Translations under genes and position numbers: made by a program | Origin: Terriglobia bacterium | GTDB lineage: Bacteria; Acidobacteriota; Terriglobia; 20CM-2-55-15 | Direction of reading: 5' to 3' | Length of the DNA stretch: 64,000 bases | Assembly: GCA_965218585.1 (NCBI GenBank) | Contig: CBDCLE010000007.1 | Span: forward strand, 39,241-103,240 | In this document: piece after piece, positions 28,857 through 39,089 of the stretch | Numbering within the stretch: the first letter of the stretch is position 1 | Layout of the letters: each line of letters begins with the position of its first letter | Notes under the pieces: model-generated | Told to the model about the DNA's origin: nothing | Seen by the model: the letters and a program-made list of their open reading frames with translations, nothing else | Databases searched by the model: none

Positions 28857-29785
28857 TGCGCGTTCACCAAGCTTTGATGGATAGCCTCGACAAGTCCCTC
28901 CGCGGTAACGAAGCTATTATCGTTGACGAATTCGGGGTCGTAATCCCGTGAGGGTCCGTCGGCCTGAATCTGGGCTAACGACATCCCGCGATCGATCATG
29001 TCCTGAATGCGTTCTGAAATGATCACGACCATGTTGCGATACTCGGTCACATCGGACTCATCGGCGAGACGCCCGTGTCCCGGGATCACGTAGGTGCCGC
29101 CCTCCGAGTTCTTCGCGGGTACGGCCAACTCCATAATGTGGTTCAGCGCGTCGATCAAACCCTGGACCGTCCCGCCTCTCTCGACGTCAATGAACGGATA
29201 GCCGTTCGGCACGTAAATATCTCCTGTGCTGATGACGTCCGACCCCCGAAACAGTATGATCGAGTCGCCGCCCGTGTGCGCGGCCGGTTCATGGTAGATA
29301 AAAATGGGTTCGCCATTGAAGTGTATATCCCTGCCCGGCCCGTCGTAGCTGTCGAGCGGCAGGGCGCCTTCCGGAACCGCGTCCGGGTCCTCTCGCTCGA
29401 GCGCAACCATCCCAACCAAAGTGTTGAGATGCGCGATGATCGAAAATGGTTCTATGCTGGTGCCGGGAGCCAGTTGGCGAAACCGTGCGTTCCCGCCCAC
29501 GTGATCCGAGTGCATATGCGTATTGACCACGTAGCGTAGGGGGCCGTCCGTCAACGTCCCCACGGCTTCCAGTATTTTGTCTGCAAGCTGTGCGAATTGA
29601 GAATCCACCAGGAACACACCGTCCGGTCCGACCTGCACCGTCGTGTTCCCTCCGGCGCCGACCAACATGTAGACGTTGCCCTTGACATGTCTGAGTCGAA
29701 TCTCAACGTCATCCAGGTTCGCCTGACCCCACAGGACCGGGCTTGTCAGGGACAGAACAGCCAGAAAAAAGACGAACTTTTTCAT
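28853..29785 (-). CDS. Exported MBL-fold hydrolase (cyclase-like)
   Basis: GAGGN, THMHSDHVGGN, AHTGGD, TGD and IPGHG; signal peptide from ATG 29785. Confidence 0.88.
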   Translation of the reverse strand: MKKFVFFLAVLSLTSPVLWGQANLDDVEIRLRHVKGNVYMLVGAGGNTTVQVGPDGVFLVDSQFAQLADKILEAVGTLTDGPLRYVVNTHMHSDHVGGNARFRQLAPGTSIEPFSIIAHLNTLVGMVALEREDPDAVPEGALPLDSYDGPGRDIHFNGEPIFIYHEPAAHTGGDSIILFRGSDVISTGDIYVPNGYPFIDVERGGTVQGLIDALNHIMELAVPAKNSEGGTYVIPGHGRLADESDVTEYRNMVVIISERIQDMIDRGMSLAQIQADGPSRDYDPEFVNDNSFVTAEGLVEAIHQSLVNAQ

Positions 29786-29825
29786 GCTCTTTCCAACAAT
29801 CACGGCGGGTGCGCGCCCCGGGGGT

Positions 29826-30767
29826 TTAGTCATCCCGCTGACCCAAAGAGCCCAACACACATGAGGCGTTGTTCTCAAGGCAGGCGCAATACCGGGTGCA
29901 CATCTGCGGTTGATCCTCTGGCAGCACCAGGCGATCGCGATACTCCGGATAGATCGTTTCACTGCCGCCACGCGCACCGTCTAACGGCAATCCATACCAG
30001 TCGGCCACCTGGGTCAAAAACGGGTTCTCTCCAGGCAGGTAGTGAGGCACGTCGTTGACCTCGCCCGGCAGCTCGTCGACATATTCGCAGATGTACCGGC
30101 CCAGTCGTTGTCCGGGTTCGAGCCTCCAGGTCTGAGAGCGAACCATCGGCTCCGTCAAAAATGCCGGATCCTCTATCGTCATCGTGATGGTCAGGAAGTC
30201 GCCGTGACGGACCCAATGATCGGTGAATGTCGCCAGTTCACTGCGTGGCAAGCCGTTGCGCCGAAGATAACTCTTCTTGAGGTGTGTTGTGCGGACGTTG
30301 AGCATATTCTGGTCCCAGCTGCCGGTCGAGAACCCCGCCCACGTGTGCGGTTCCAGATTGTCGGGATGCTCGCGCCCATCGAGCCAGATCGTGCGGTCGG
30401 TCTCGTATGAGTTTATGCGGAGCTTAATCGCAATCAGACGCTGCGTTAACGGATCCCTTATCTCGTCTACGCGCATATTGGCCAGAGCGCGCATTCTAAA
30501 ATCGCCCCCGTGGGGCCGGCACTGGTATTGCGTCACTGCCGATGTCCGGGCGGGGTCAAAGCTATCGGCCTGAAGGCGCGCCGCGTCGTTGATGGGTATC
30601 CCGGCATAGTCGCCGGTTTCATCCCCGGCAACACGCACAGCGTGCTCTTCATGATAGACAGGCGCCCAGTTTCCAGAAAAGCTGACCTGTGCAATAGCTG
30701 TCCCGGAGAAAGTGACCGTTAAAGCCATCATCCAAGCACAACGTTTTATATCCAGAATCTTACGCAT
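29826..30767 (-). CDS. Exported Cys-pair hypothetical protein, subfamily A
   Basis: FSGNW, GIPINDAAR, QCRPH, DGREHP, GFSTGSW and EDPAFLTEP; Cys-rich tail CTRYCAC...C. Confidence 0.8.
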   Translation of the reverse strand: MRKILDIKRCAWMMALTVTFSGTAIAQVSFSGNWAPVYHEEHAVRVAGDETGDYAGIPINDAARLQADSFDPARTSAVTQYQCRPHGGDFRMRALANMRVDEIRDPLTQRLIAIKLRINSYETDRTIWLDGREHPDNLEPHTWAGFSTGSWDQNMLNVRTTHLKKSYLRRNGLPRSELATFTDHWVRHGDFLTITMTIEDPAFLTEPMVRSQTWRLEPGQRLGRYICEYVDELPGEVNDVPHYLPGENPFLTQVADWYGLPLDGARGGSETIYPEYRDRLVLPEDQPQMCTRYCACLENNASCVLGSLGQRDD

Positions 30768-30858
30768 TGCTTTCTTCTCCCGTAGATTGGCTCGTCAGAA
30801 GGAGTCTGATTGTCTAGGTTTCCCGTCATTCTCCAGCTGACTCCGTTTGCTAACTGAG

Positions 30859-31338
30859 TTACTCGTCGATGTGCCCGACCCGTTGTCCCGAACTGCGGCT
30901 GTTGGACGGCCGCGTGTGTCTTTCTAGGTGGTACTTATCGCCGCCGATGTCGCCGTTGGGATCTCCCCAGCCAAAGCCGTCGGACGGCCGTAAGATTGTC
31001 CGCATACGCAAGATCTTGCGGTCGGCCATGTTAAGTCCGGGGTTCCCACTGATGATGATGTGGTCCCCGGGTCTCAGCGAAGCCCGGGTCAGGCCCTGGC
31101 TTCCCAGTGGGCCCGCCCCATCCCACTCGACGCCCCAGCGCACCATCTCACCGTTTTCGTCGGGAGCCAGCACATGGATCCAGGAGTGTGGATTGCGTAA
31201 GAGGAACTGGACCAGCTGCCCTTCGATCTCGATCGAACTATCCTCATCGTAGAGGGAGGTGAAAGAATGGTGAGCATATACTGTCGACCCGAATACCAAC
31301 ATGCCAACAACCACCAGAGTCATGCAATTGAATTTCAT
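30859..31338 (-). CDS. DUF6152-like exported protein
   Basis: Signal peptide ending VYA, then HHSF; NPHSW, W.VE and L.PGD motifs. Confidence 0.78.
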   Translation of the reverse strand: MKFNCMTLVVVGMLVFGSTVYAHHSFTSLYDEDSSIEIEGQLVQFLLRNPHSWIHVLAPDENGEMVRWGVEWDGAGPLGSQGLTRASLRPGDHIIISGNPGLNMADRKILRMRTILRPSDGFGWGDPNGDIGGDKYHLERHTRPSNSRSSGQRVGHIDE

Positions 31339-31457
31339 CCGGCTTCCTCCTCGAAGAGGGAAGTTATCTTACAGCCTTCCGCAGGATAATGCTGAATTGT
31401 ACCGTTCTTCTGCCCGCCTCTCTACTGATTTATTGTTAGCAGGTTTTAGTATCGCGG

Positions 31458-31583
31458 ACGTTCAACATCACGGACACCGCGCGGCCGGACAATCCTGAAA
31501 ACACGGTCACGAGTGGGAGCTCCGGACTGGTCCGCCACGTGCAGGATGCGCGTGTCATGCAGTTTGCTCTGAAGTACGTCTTC
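31458..31583 (+). pseudogene. Orphan C-terminal fragment of an Oar-type TonB-dependent transporter
   Basis: TFNITDTARPDNP..VQDARVMQFALKYVF parallels the C-terminus of 17643..20972; CAA sits where the stop would be. Confidence 0.75.
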
Positions 31584-31605
31584 CAAATTGTCAGTGCTTT
31601 AGTTA

Positions 31606-31634
31606 AGGGCGGCGGGGTTTAACCCCGCCGCTCT
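31606..31634 (+). terminator. Terminator hairpin after the transporter remnant
   Basis: GCGGCGGGGTT-T-AACCCCGCCGC stem. Confidence 0.65.
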
Positions 31635-31944
31635 ATTTCGTTTCCAACCGCCCTCGCATCGCACTTCACGCCCGAGGGACACGTCTGTCCCCAGAATCGC
31701 CGGCAGTACATACCGTACCTGATGTGGGTAGGTGTTCGGGCTTCAAGTGTCGTGTTGTCAAATATTTAACTCCGAACCTTCCCGACCGTATTGACACCTC
31801 GCTTCGGCCTCGGCTAACTGAATGAGATACGAAGAATCGTCCGTGTAAACCAAAGTGCAGACGAAAGCGATGCACTCACGGACGACCCGACGGTCGTGGC
31901 AGTGTGTCCCGCCGTCATTAATTAATGTGGGTAAGGAGGATCCT

Positions 31945-32477
31945 TTGAAAAGAATTTTCATGTTAATCGCGATCTGCTCCCTCGCCAGTGGTATGGCCTT
32001 TGGCCAGGCGACGGGGCAGCTCAGCGGTCTTGTGACAGACCAGACCGGGGCGTTGTTGCCCGGCGTGGATGTGACACTGACGCAGGCCGATACTGGCGCG
32101 GTACGAAGTGCCATAACCAACGAGACCGGAGCGTATGCGTTCCCGGCGTTGCAGCCAGCCGTTTACGTGCTGGAAGTGTCTCTGCCGGGATTCCAGACCT
32201 TCAGGCAGACCAGCGTCGAATTGCAGGTTGGTGCCAATCTGGTGATCGACGCGTCGTTGCAGGTCGGGCAGGTCGCCCAGACGATCGAGGTCGTGGCGAA
32301 CTCGGAACTCCAGGTGGAGACTCGAGCGATGGCCATCTCCGAGGTCATCGAAAACGAACGGATCATCGAGCTGCCGCTGGCCGCCCGTGACGTGACCTCG
32401 CTGCTCACCCTGGCGGGCCAGGGCGCATGGCGGGAACACCGGCGAGGGTTTGGCTGACTTCATGGTCGGAGCCCTAG
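31945..32477 (+). pseudogene. N-terminal fragment of an Oar-type TonB-dependent transporter, truncated at IS1182
   Basis: AAGGAGG RBS and TTG start; GLVTDQTGALLPG...IELPLAAR; ends in a 52-bp segment identical to 19309..19360. Confidence 0.85.
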
Positions 32478-33132
32478 GAGTCTGCGCGGCAGAAGGACCG
32501 AAATTGGGCGGGAATGGATGGAAGATAGGGCATGCCACGAACTTACCGAGCCTATATTCCAGAACAGAGCCTGCTGATGCCACCGTCGCTGAGCGATTGG
32601 CTGGCCGAAGATCACCTGTCGTACTTCATATCGGATGCTGTGGACGCGATGGATTTGAGCGGGTTCGAACAGAGGCATGGAACTGACGGGCCTGGCAATC
32701 AGGCCTTCGATCCGCGGATGATGGTGAAGGTGATGATCTATGGGTACGGGACCGGAGTGTTTTCATCCAGGAAGATCGCAGCGAAGTTGAGAGAAGATGT
32801 GGCGTTCCGGATGTTGGGAGCCGAGAACTTTCCCGCGCACCGAACGATCTCGGATTTTCGCAAACTGCATCTTGAGGAGTTCGGGAAGCTGTTTGTGCAA
32901 GTGGTGATGATGGCGCGAGAAGCGGGTTTGGTGAAGATGGGGACGGTAGCGGTGGACGGAACCAAGATGCGGGCGAATGCGAGCAAACGCAAAGCGATGA
33001 GCTATCAACGCATGAAGAAGCAGGAGACCGAGTTGGGTGAGCAGATTCGGGATCTGTTGAACCGGGCGACCGCGACCGATGAGGACGAAGACCAGCGTTA
33101 CGGCAAGGACCGGCGCGGAGACGAACTACCCT

Positions 33133-34668
33133 GGGAGTAACGTAAAAGTTGTGTTTCGTGATTTCCAGTTGAGAGAGAATGATAGATTCGTCGTCCGGGC
33201 TGTGGGAACTGTGCGGACGCCGGAGGTGTTCCAAGGGCCTGTGGAAATCATCAAGAAGAAGCCGCCGAAGGCGACCGATTCCCCCGATTTCCATAGGCCC
33301 GGCAGTTTCCACAGCCCCCGTCGCCCGCTGAAATTGAAGCGGGCTCCAGTTCACGCTGGAGCCCTAGACCTGAGTCATCAGTTATTCAGTTATGGAGTTG
33401 AACCCAATGTCTACAGATCCGAATGAAAGCGTACCATCAGAACAGATTTCTGAATCCACAAAAACACAGATCCAGACCCTGCTGGCCTCCGGGCTGGCCG
33501 ATCTGAGCCTGCGCGAGGTACTGGGGACCCTGTTGTCGGGCCTCAGTGTGGCCGAACGGGACCTGCATCTTGAACACCGCCCCGACGACCGTCCCAATGG
33601 TTTTTACGATCGCTCCCTCCAAGTGGGCAGCGTTCCGATCGATATCCGTGTCCCTCGAACCCGTAACGGGGATTTCCGTCCCGCGAACCTACCATCCCCG
33701 TATCAGCGCGGCTACCCTGAAGAAGTCGAGTCCATCTTGCTGGGACTGCTGGCCTCATCCCGTTCGGTCAATGCGGCCCGGGAGGCGCTTCAGAAGATGG
33801 GCCTGTCCGGGTCCCAACAGGATCTGGAACGGGTGGCGTCGGGCCTGATCGAAGAACTCGATCTTGGCAACAGCCGGCCACTGGACACGGATCTGCTGGC
33901 CCTATTCGTGGATGGCAAGTACGTCGAACTCCGCGACGGCGACCGGCTGCGTCCGGCCTGTATCTACCTGGTGGTGGGTCTAGGCCGCGACGGCAAGAAG
34001 CGTGTCCTGGCCTGCATTGCCAAACCCGGCCGCGAGAATCTCGAAGACTGGAAGGGGGTTCTCCGCTCTCTGATCGAGCGCGGTCTCCGACGCGTCATGA
34101 TCTTCGTCCAGGACGATTTCTCCGGCCTTCTCAAGGTCAGCGAAGGCTTCTTTCCCAATGCTGATATCCAGCTCTGTACCGTCCACATGCAGCGCAATGC
34201 TAAGAGCCATCTCTCCAAATCCGACGCCGCCGAGTTTCAGCAACGCTTCCGTGCCATCAAGTCCTCCTGGTGTGAGGATGTCGGCAACCAAGGGTTCGAG
34301 GAACTCTGTGACCGCTTCGCCCAGCACTATCCCTCCTGGATCGCGGGGCTCCGCAAGAAACGGACTCACTATCTCGCCTTCCTCAAGTATCCCGACCTCA
34401 TGCGCAAATCGTTTTCCACCACCAACCTCGTCGAGGCCGTCAACGGACAACTGGAAATTATGCGCCGCAATTCGGGCGGCTACTTTCACTCCGAAGACAC
34501 CCTCAAGTTCAAACTCGGCTTGGCCGTCTCTCACCTCCACAACGGCCGTTGGAAATCTCCGGCCACTTCCATCCATTCCGCTCTTCATCAGCTCAACGCC
34601 ATGTTCCAATCCCGCTTTGAGGAGGACTTATGATCCCCTCCTCAAACACAACTTTCTTGACAAGAGCC
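33133..34668 (+). mobile_element. IS256-family element nested in IS1182
   Basis: Imperfect TIRs sharing AAAGTTGTGTTT; direct repeat ACTACCC at 33125-33131 and 34669-34675. Confidence 0.87.
33392..34633 (+). CDS. IS256 transposase
   Basis: RPNGFY, VPRTR, FVDG, QDD, QLCTVH and TTNLVEAVN motifs. Confidence 0.92.
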   Translation: MELNPMSTDPNESVPSEQISESTKTQIQTLLASGLADLSLREVLGTLLSGLSVAERDLHLEHRPDDRPNGFYDRSLQVGSVPIDIRVPRTRNGDFRPANLPSPYQRGYPEEVESILLGLLASSRSVNAAREALQKMGLSGSQQDLERVASGLIEELDLGNSRPLDTDLLALFVDGKYVELRDGDRLRPACIYLVVGLGRDGKKRVLACIAKPGRENLEDWKGVLRSLIERGLRRVMIFVQDDFSGLLKVSEGFFPNADIQLCTVHMQRNAKSHLSKSDAAEFQQRFRAIKSSWCEDVGNQGFEELCDRFAQHYPSWIAGLRKKRTHYLAFLKYPDLMRKSFSTTNLVEAVNGQLEIMRRNSGGYFHSEDTLKFKLGLAVSHLHNGRWKSPATSIHSALHQLNAMFQSRFEEDL

Positions 34669-35563
34669 ACTACCCGACGGGTTGGCGACCCGTAAGAAGC
34701 GTCTGGCCACGATCCAGGCGGCGATGAAGCGACTCGAGGAACGTCAGATGGCTGCGGACCAGGAAGCCGGACGGAAACCGGGAGACGACGAACCGGGAAG
34801 CGGAAAGAAGGGCAAGCCATTCAAACGCCCCATGGGCGAGCCCAAGCCCAAGGCCCAGGAGAACTTCACCGATCCAGAAAGCCGGATCATGAAGACCTCC
34901 ACGGAAGGGTTCCAGCAATGTTACAACGCGCAGGCGATGGTGGATTCCGAGGCCCGGATCATCGTGGCGACCACGGTGAGCGACAATGCGTCGGATGTGG
35001 GGCAGTTGGAGCCGACTCTGGATGCGGTGAACAACAACCTGGGAGAGTCTCCAGGCCGCGTGCTCGCTGATGCGGGGTATCGATCCGAGTCGAATCTGGG
35101 GATGTTAGAACAACGCCAAATTGATGGGTATGTCGCCATGGGGCGGGAGAAGGACCTGGACGATGCCCCCCTCCCGCCACAAGATACCGCGCTTGGTCGG
35201 ATGACGAGAAAGATGAAATCCCCGTCTGGGCGTGATCGCTACCGGGCCAGAAAGCACATTGGTGAACCGCCCTTCGGGTGGATCAAATCGGTGCTCGGAT
35301 TCCGACAGTTCAGTCTGCGAGGTTTGGACAAGGTGACCTGTGAGTGGAACCTGGTGACTCTAGCAGTGAACTTACGACGGATGAACGGGAAGATCGAATG
35401 GGCCTAATCCGGAAAACCGGGACCGCCACCCTTATCACACGGCTTACTACTGGAGTCCGCACCGGTCTGAGTTCATCATAACGGCAGAATCGGTCCGGTC
35501 GCCTCCGACAACACGATCAAATCCCAATAAATCCAGGTTCTTTCCGCTCTGCCGCGCAGACTC

Positions 35564-36460
35564 CTAGGCCTGGAGGAACGCTACGTCCAGGAGTGGCTCA
35601 AGGCCATGGTCAGTTCCGGTTACGTGGAACACGACTCGGAACACGACACCTATTCGATGACCGAAGAGCAGCGCGCCGTCCTCGCCGACGACGCCTCTCC
35701 CGTCTTTGCAGCCGGCGTATTCCAGTTCGCTCTGCCGTCACTGATGCAGACCGACCGCCTGATCGAGTCCTTCAAGAAGGGCGGGGGTATTTCGTACTCG
35801 GAATTCGGCGATGAGATCCCCGAGGCGATCGACCGAATGCATCGGCCGTGGTTCGACCACCAACTCACATCAAAATGGATACCGGGAGCGGGAAACATTC
35901 AGGAAAGACTGGAGACAGGAATCCATGTTATGGACGTCGGTTGCGGTCTGGGTCGATCGACAGTTGCATTGGCTGAGTTCTTCCCTCGATCGACTGTCTT
36001 GGGTATCGATCCCCATCGGGAAAGTATCGACGAAGCGCTCAGTCTGGCAGAGGAAAAAGGCGCAACCAACGCGGAGTTCAGGGCCGTCAGCCTGGAAGAC
36101 CTGCCGGGCAACGAGCGATTCGACCTGATCCTGGCCATCGATTGCATCCACGACATGCACGACCCGGTGGGCGCGCTCGGGGATATCCGGAGGCTGTTAG
36201 ACGATGGTGGAGTGCTGTTCTGGTCCGAACCCACCGGAAGCCACGAGCCCATGGAAAACCGCGATCCGGTTGGCAAGATGCGCGCTAACCTCAGCCCGTA
36301 TCACTGTCTCACGGTGTCGCTGGCATCGGGGGGCGCCGGATTGGGAACGATTATCGGAGAGGCCGGTGCGAGGACGCTGGCCGAGGAAGCCGGTTTTTCA
36401 CAGTTCGAGAAATTAGACATCGAGAGTGCGATGCAACAATTCTTCCTCCTTAAGGACTAG
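35564..36460 (+). pseudogene. Class I SAM methyltransferase with a wHTH N-terminus, 5'-truncated by IS1182
   Basis: The frame starts at the IS boundary with LGLEERYVQEWLKAMV; MDVGCGLG and DCIHDM motifs; native start is missing. Confidence 0.8.
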
Positions 36461-37191
36461 AGTGTCAGCTTTCCGGCACGAATACGCCCTTCCCGCCTGA
36501 CGTGAGAGTTGTCTTTCACTACGTAACTCGTTCAAAAGAGGAACTAATATCTAGTAATTATAGGTAATATAGTTATTGGCAGTCGAATTGCTCTTTCTCC
36601 CCTCGGAAAGCACGGATCTATTTCCACGCACCGACAAGGAGCCCGCGTGAGCGACACACAGATTACCCTTCAGGTCCAGCATGAAGAAAAGTCCGGGGAC
36701 TTCGAACTGGACTTTCATGAGTGGAACGATTCGACGATCGAAATCGGGTTTACGGATCGTCTGTATGACAACACCGGTACGATTCGTTTCGATGGACGAA
36801 CTTCGCGGGCAGTCATTACCAGCCGGAATCCCTATACCGGCATCCTGGCGGAACCCGAAGCCCACGATCGGTACTTCGGTTTCATCGTGAGTGCCTTTTC
36901 CCATGCTTTTACATTTGGGTGGTCGCCAGAACCCGGTCAGATGGTCACCTACGACGAGTCCTATCACCGGGGCAACAACTACACTGAAGGCGACCCGGTA
37001 GAGGTCGAAATCAAGATCGTCCAGACCGACCTGATCAAGGAGCTCGCCAACCCCGGCAAGTGCGTCATCGCGGGCTGTTCAAACGGCGAACTCGTCCGGC
37101 AATGCCGAAGCCAGGGCATCGACGCTCACGGTTTTGATGTCATTCCCAATTTGAAGGACATCGCGTTCAAAGAAGTCCGCGACTATCTCCG

Positions 37192-38577
37192 GAGTTATAA
37201 CCGAATCTGGTGTTTAAGGGATTGAGGAAGAGCGGCGTATCTGGTTGATTTGTTGTTTACCAGACTTCAAAGCAACCAAGGGAGATACGCCACTATGAGC
37301 AAGAGTAACGTGAATGGACCGGAGGGTCGAGAGACGATTGAGGATCCGATAACAGAGCTACTACGAGTTGGAGCTCAGCAACTGATCCAACGCGCGGTGG
37401 AAACCGAATTGGCGGAACTGCTATCCCACCACGGCGATCGGAGAACCGAGACGGGCAACGCCGGGGTGGTGCGCAACGGTTATCTGCCTGAACGTGAACT
37501 GCAGACCGGTTTGGGGCCGGTAACGGTCCAGATCCCGAAAGTCCGAGCGAAGACTGGCGACCCGGTAACGTTCCGGTCGGCCCTGGTACCTCCCTACATT
37601 CGGAAAACGAAATCGCTGGAAGCAGCGGTGCCGTGGTTGTATTTGAAAGGCGTCTCCAGCGGCGAGATGGGTGACGCTCTAAAAGTTCTTGTCGGACCCC
37701 AGGCGCAGGGCCTGTCGGCGAGCACGGTATCGCGGTTGAAACAGGTCTGGGCCGAGCAGTACCGCCGGGGATGCGAGGAGCGATTGGATGCCGATCGCTG
37801 GGTCTATGTCTGGGCCGACGGTATCTACAGCGGACTGCGGGCCGAAGAAACCAAGTTGTGCGCACTGGTGGTGATCGGCGCGAATCAACGCGGAGAGAAA
37901 CGTTTTCTGGCAATCGAAGACGGTGTCCGGGAATCGACACAGAGTTGGCGCGAGGTCTTGTTAAAGCTGAAGTCGCGTGGGATGAATATCCCGAAGTTGG
38001 CCATCGGAGACGGTGCGATGGGATTCTGGGCCGCACTGGAGGAAATCTATCCCGAGACACGTCACCAACGTTGCTGGATGCACAAGACCATGAACGTACT
38101 GAACGGGCTCCCGAAGTCGGCCCAGGCGAAGGCGAAACAGGCTTTGCACGCGATCTGGCGGGCTCAGACACAGGCAGACGCCGAGAAGGCATTCGATCTG
38201 TTCATTGAAACCTATGAGCCGAAGTATCCGAAAGCCACTCGCTGCCTCCAGAAAGACAAAGAAGAACTGCTGGCCTTCTTCAACTTCCCGGCCAAGCACT
38301 GGCAGAGCATCCGAACGACCAATCCCATTGAGTCGACTTTTGCTACCATTCGCCACCGAACCAAGCGATCCAGGGGTTGCCTGACGCGGGTTGGCATGCT
38401 GCACATGATGTTCAAACTGGGACAGTGCGCTCAGAAGAACTGGCGACGATTACGAGGATTCGATGATCTGCCCAAGGTGATTACTGGAGTGAAATTCAAC
38501 GATGGAATCGAAGTGACCCACGTCGATCAGGCCGCCGCTTGAGTCAATCGGCAAAACACCACTTTTGACAATAACTC
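37192..38577 (+). mobile_element. IS256-family element
   Basis: Ends GAGTTAT...ATAACTC; 9-bp TSD CTATCTCCG at 37183-37191 and 38578-38586. Confidence 0.92.
37295..38542 (+). CDS. IS256 transposase
   Basis: VRNGYLPER, WADGI, IGDGAMGFW, QRCWMHK and RTTNPIESTF motifs. Confidence 0.94.
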   Translation: MSKSNVNGPEGRETIEDPITELLRVGAQQLIQRAVETELAELLSHHGDRRTETGNAGVVRNGYLPERELQTGLGPVTVQIPKVRAKTGDPVTFRSALVPPYIRKTKSLEAAVPWLYLKGVSSGEMGDALKVLVGPQAQGLSASTVSRLKQVWAEQYRRGCEERLDADRWVYVWADGIYSGLRAEETKLCALVVIGANQRGEKRFLAIEDGVRESTQSWREVLLKLKSRGMNIPKLAIGDGAMGFWAALEEIYPETRHQRCWMHKTMNVLNGLPKSAQAKAKQALHAIWRAQTQADAEKAFDLFIETYEPKYPKATRCLQKDKEELLAFFNFPAKHWQSIRTTNPIESTFATIRHRTKRSRGCLTRVGMLHMMFKLGQCAQKNWRRLRGFDDLPKVITGVKFNDGIEVTHVDQAAA

Positions 38578-38987
38578 CTATCTCCGCGTCGGCTCGCTCA
38601 CCGATATTCCCTACGATGCGAACGACGGGTTCGACACACTGATCGCCGTCGACGTCCTGGAACACCTTCCCGAGACCGAAATTCCCGCAATGGTCGAAGA
38701 ATGGACGCGCATGGGCTTCGAGAAGCTCGTCCTCCTCATCAACCTCAACCAGTTCTGGTTTCCCGGTCACATCACGCTACGGCCTCTCTCATGGTGGGAA
38801 CAGCAGTGGAAGTCTCGATACAGGCTGAGCCAGACTCTGCGGAGAGACGAACATCTACCCCTCGTCTACAGCAACAGCGGTCTATACAATCAGCAGTGGA
38901 CCCTATGGGAACGGGTGTTGATGTAAGAAGTTCTCCGAAGGCGACCTCATCCGACAGTATTCTAGTCTTCCTGCCGAAGTAACTAAA

Positions 38988-39064
38988 GGGACAGACTACT
39001 CAATCCCCAAATTGACCTCCAGATTTCCCGTCATCGTGAATTCGGGGATTGAGTAGTCTGTCCC
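38988..39064. repeat. REP/MITE-like 26-bp inverted repeat; another arm copy at 49860..49886
   Basis: GGGACAGACTACTCAATCCCC(A/G)AATT arms with one mismatch. Confidence 0.75.
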
Positions 39065-39089
39065 CATAATTCTATGATTCCCACTGCCA

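Larger units (their letters stand above)
32532..35407 (+). pseudogene. IS1182 transposase split by IS256
   Basis: N-half (FDPRMM, SSRKI, VDGTK.RANASK) and C-half (TDPESRIMK, YNAQ, LADAGY, EPPFG.IK) join in frame at DELP|DG. Confidence 0.88.
32478..35563 (+). mobile_element. IS1182-family element interrupted by IS256
   Basis: TIR GAGTCTGCGCGGCAGA / TCTGCCGCGCAGACTC; CTAG on both flanks. Confidence 0.9.
36647..38926 (+). pseudogene. SAM-dependent methyltransferase interrupted by IS256
   Basis: IAGCSNG..GFD before the IS; after removing it the frame continues DYLRVGSLTDIP..DVLEHL to the stop at 38926. Confidence 0.82.
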
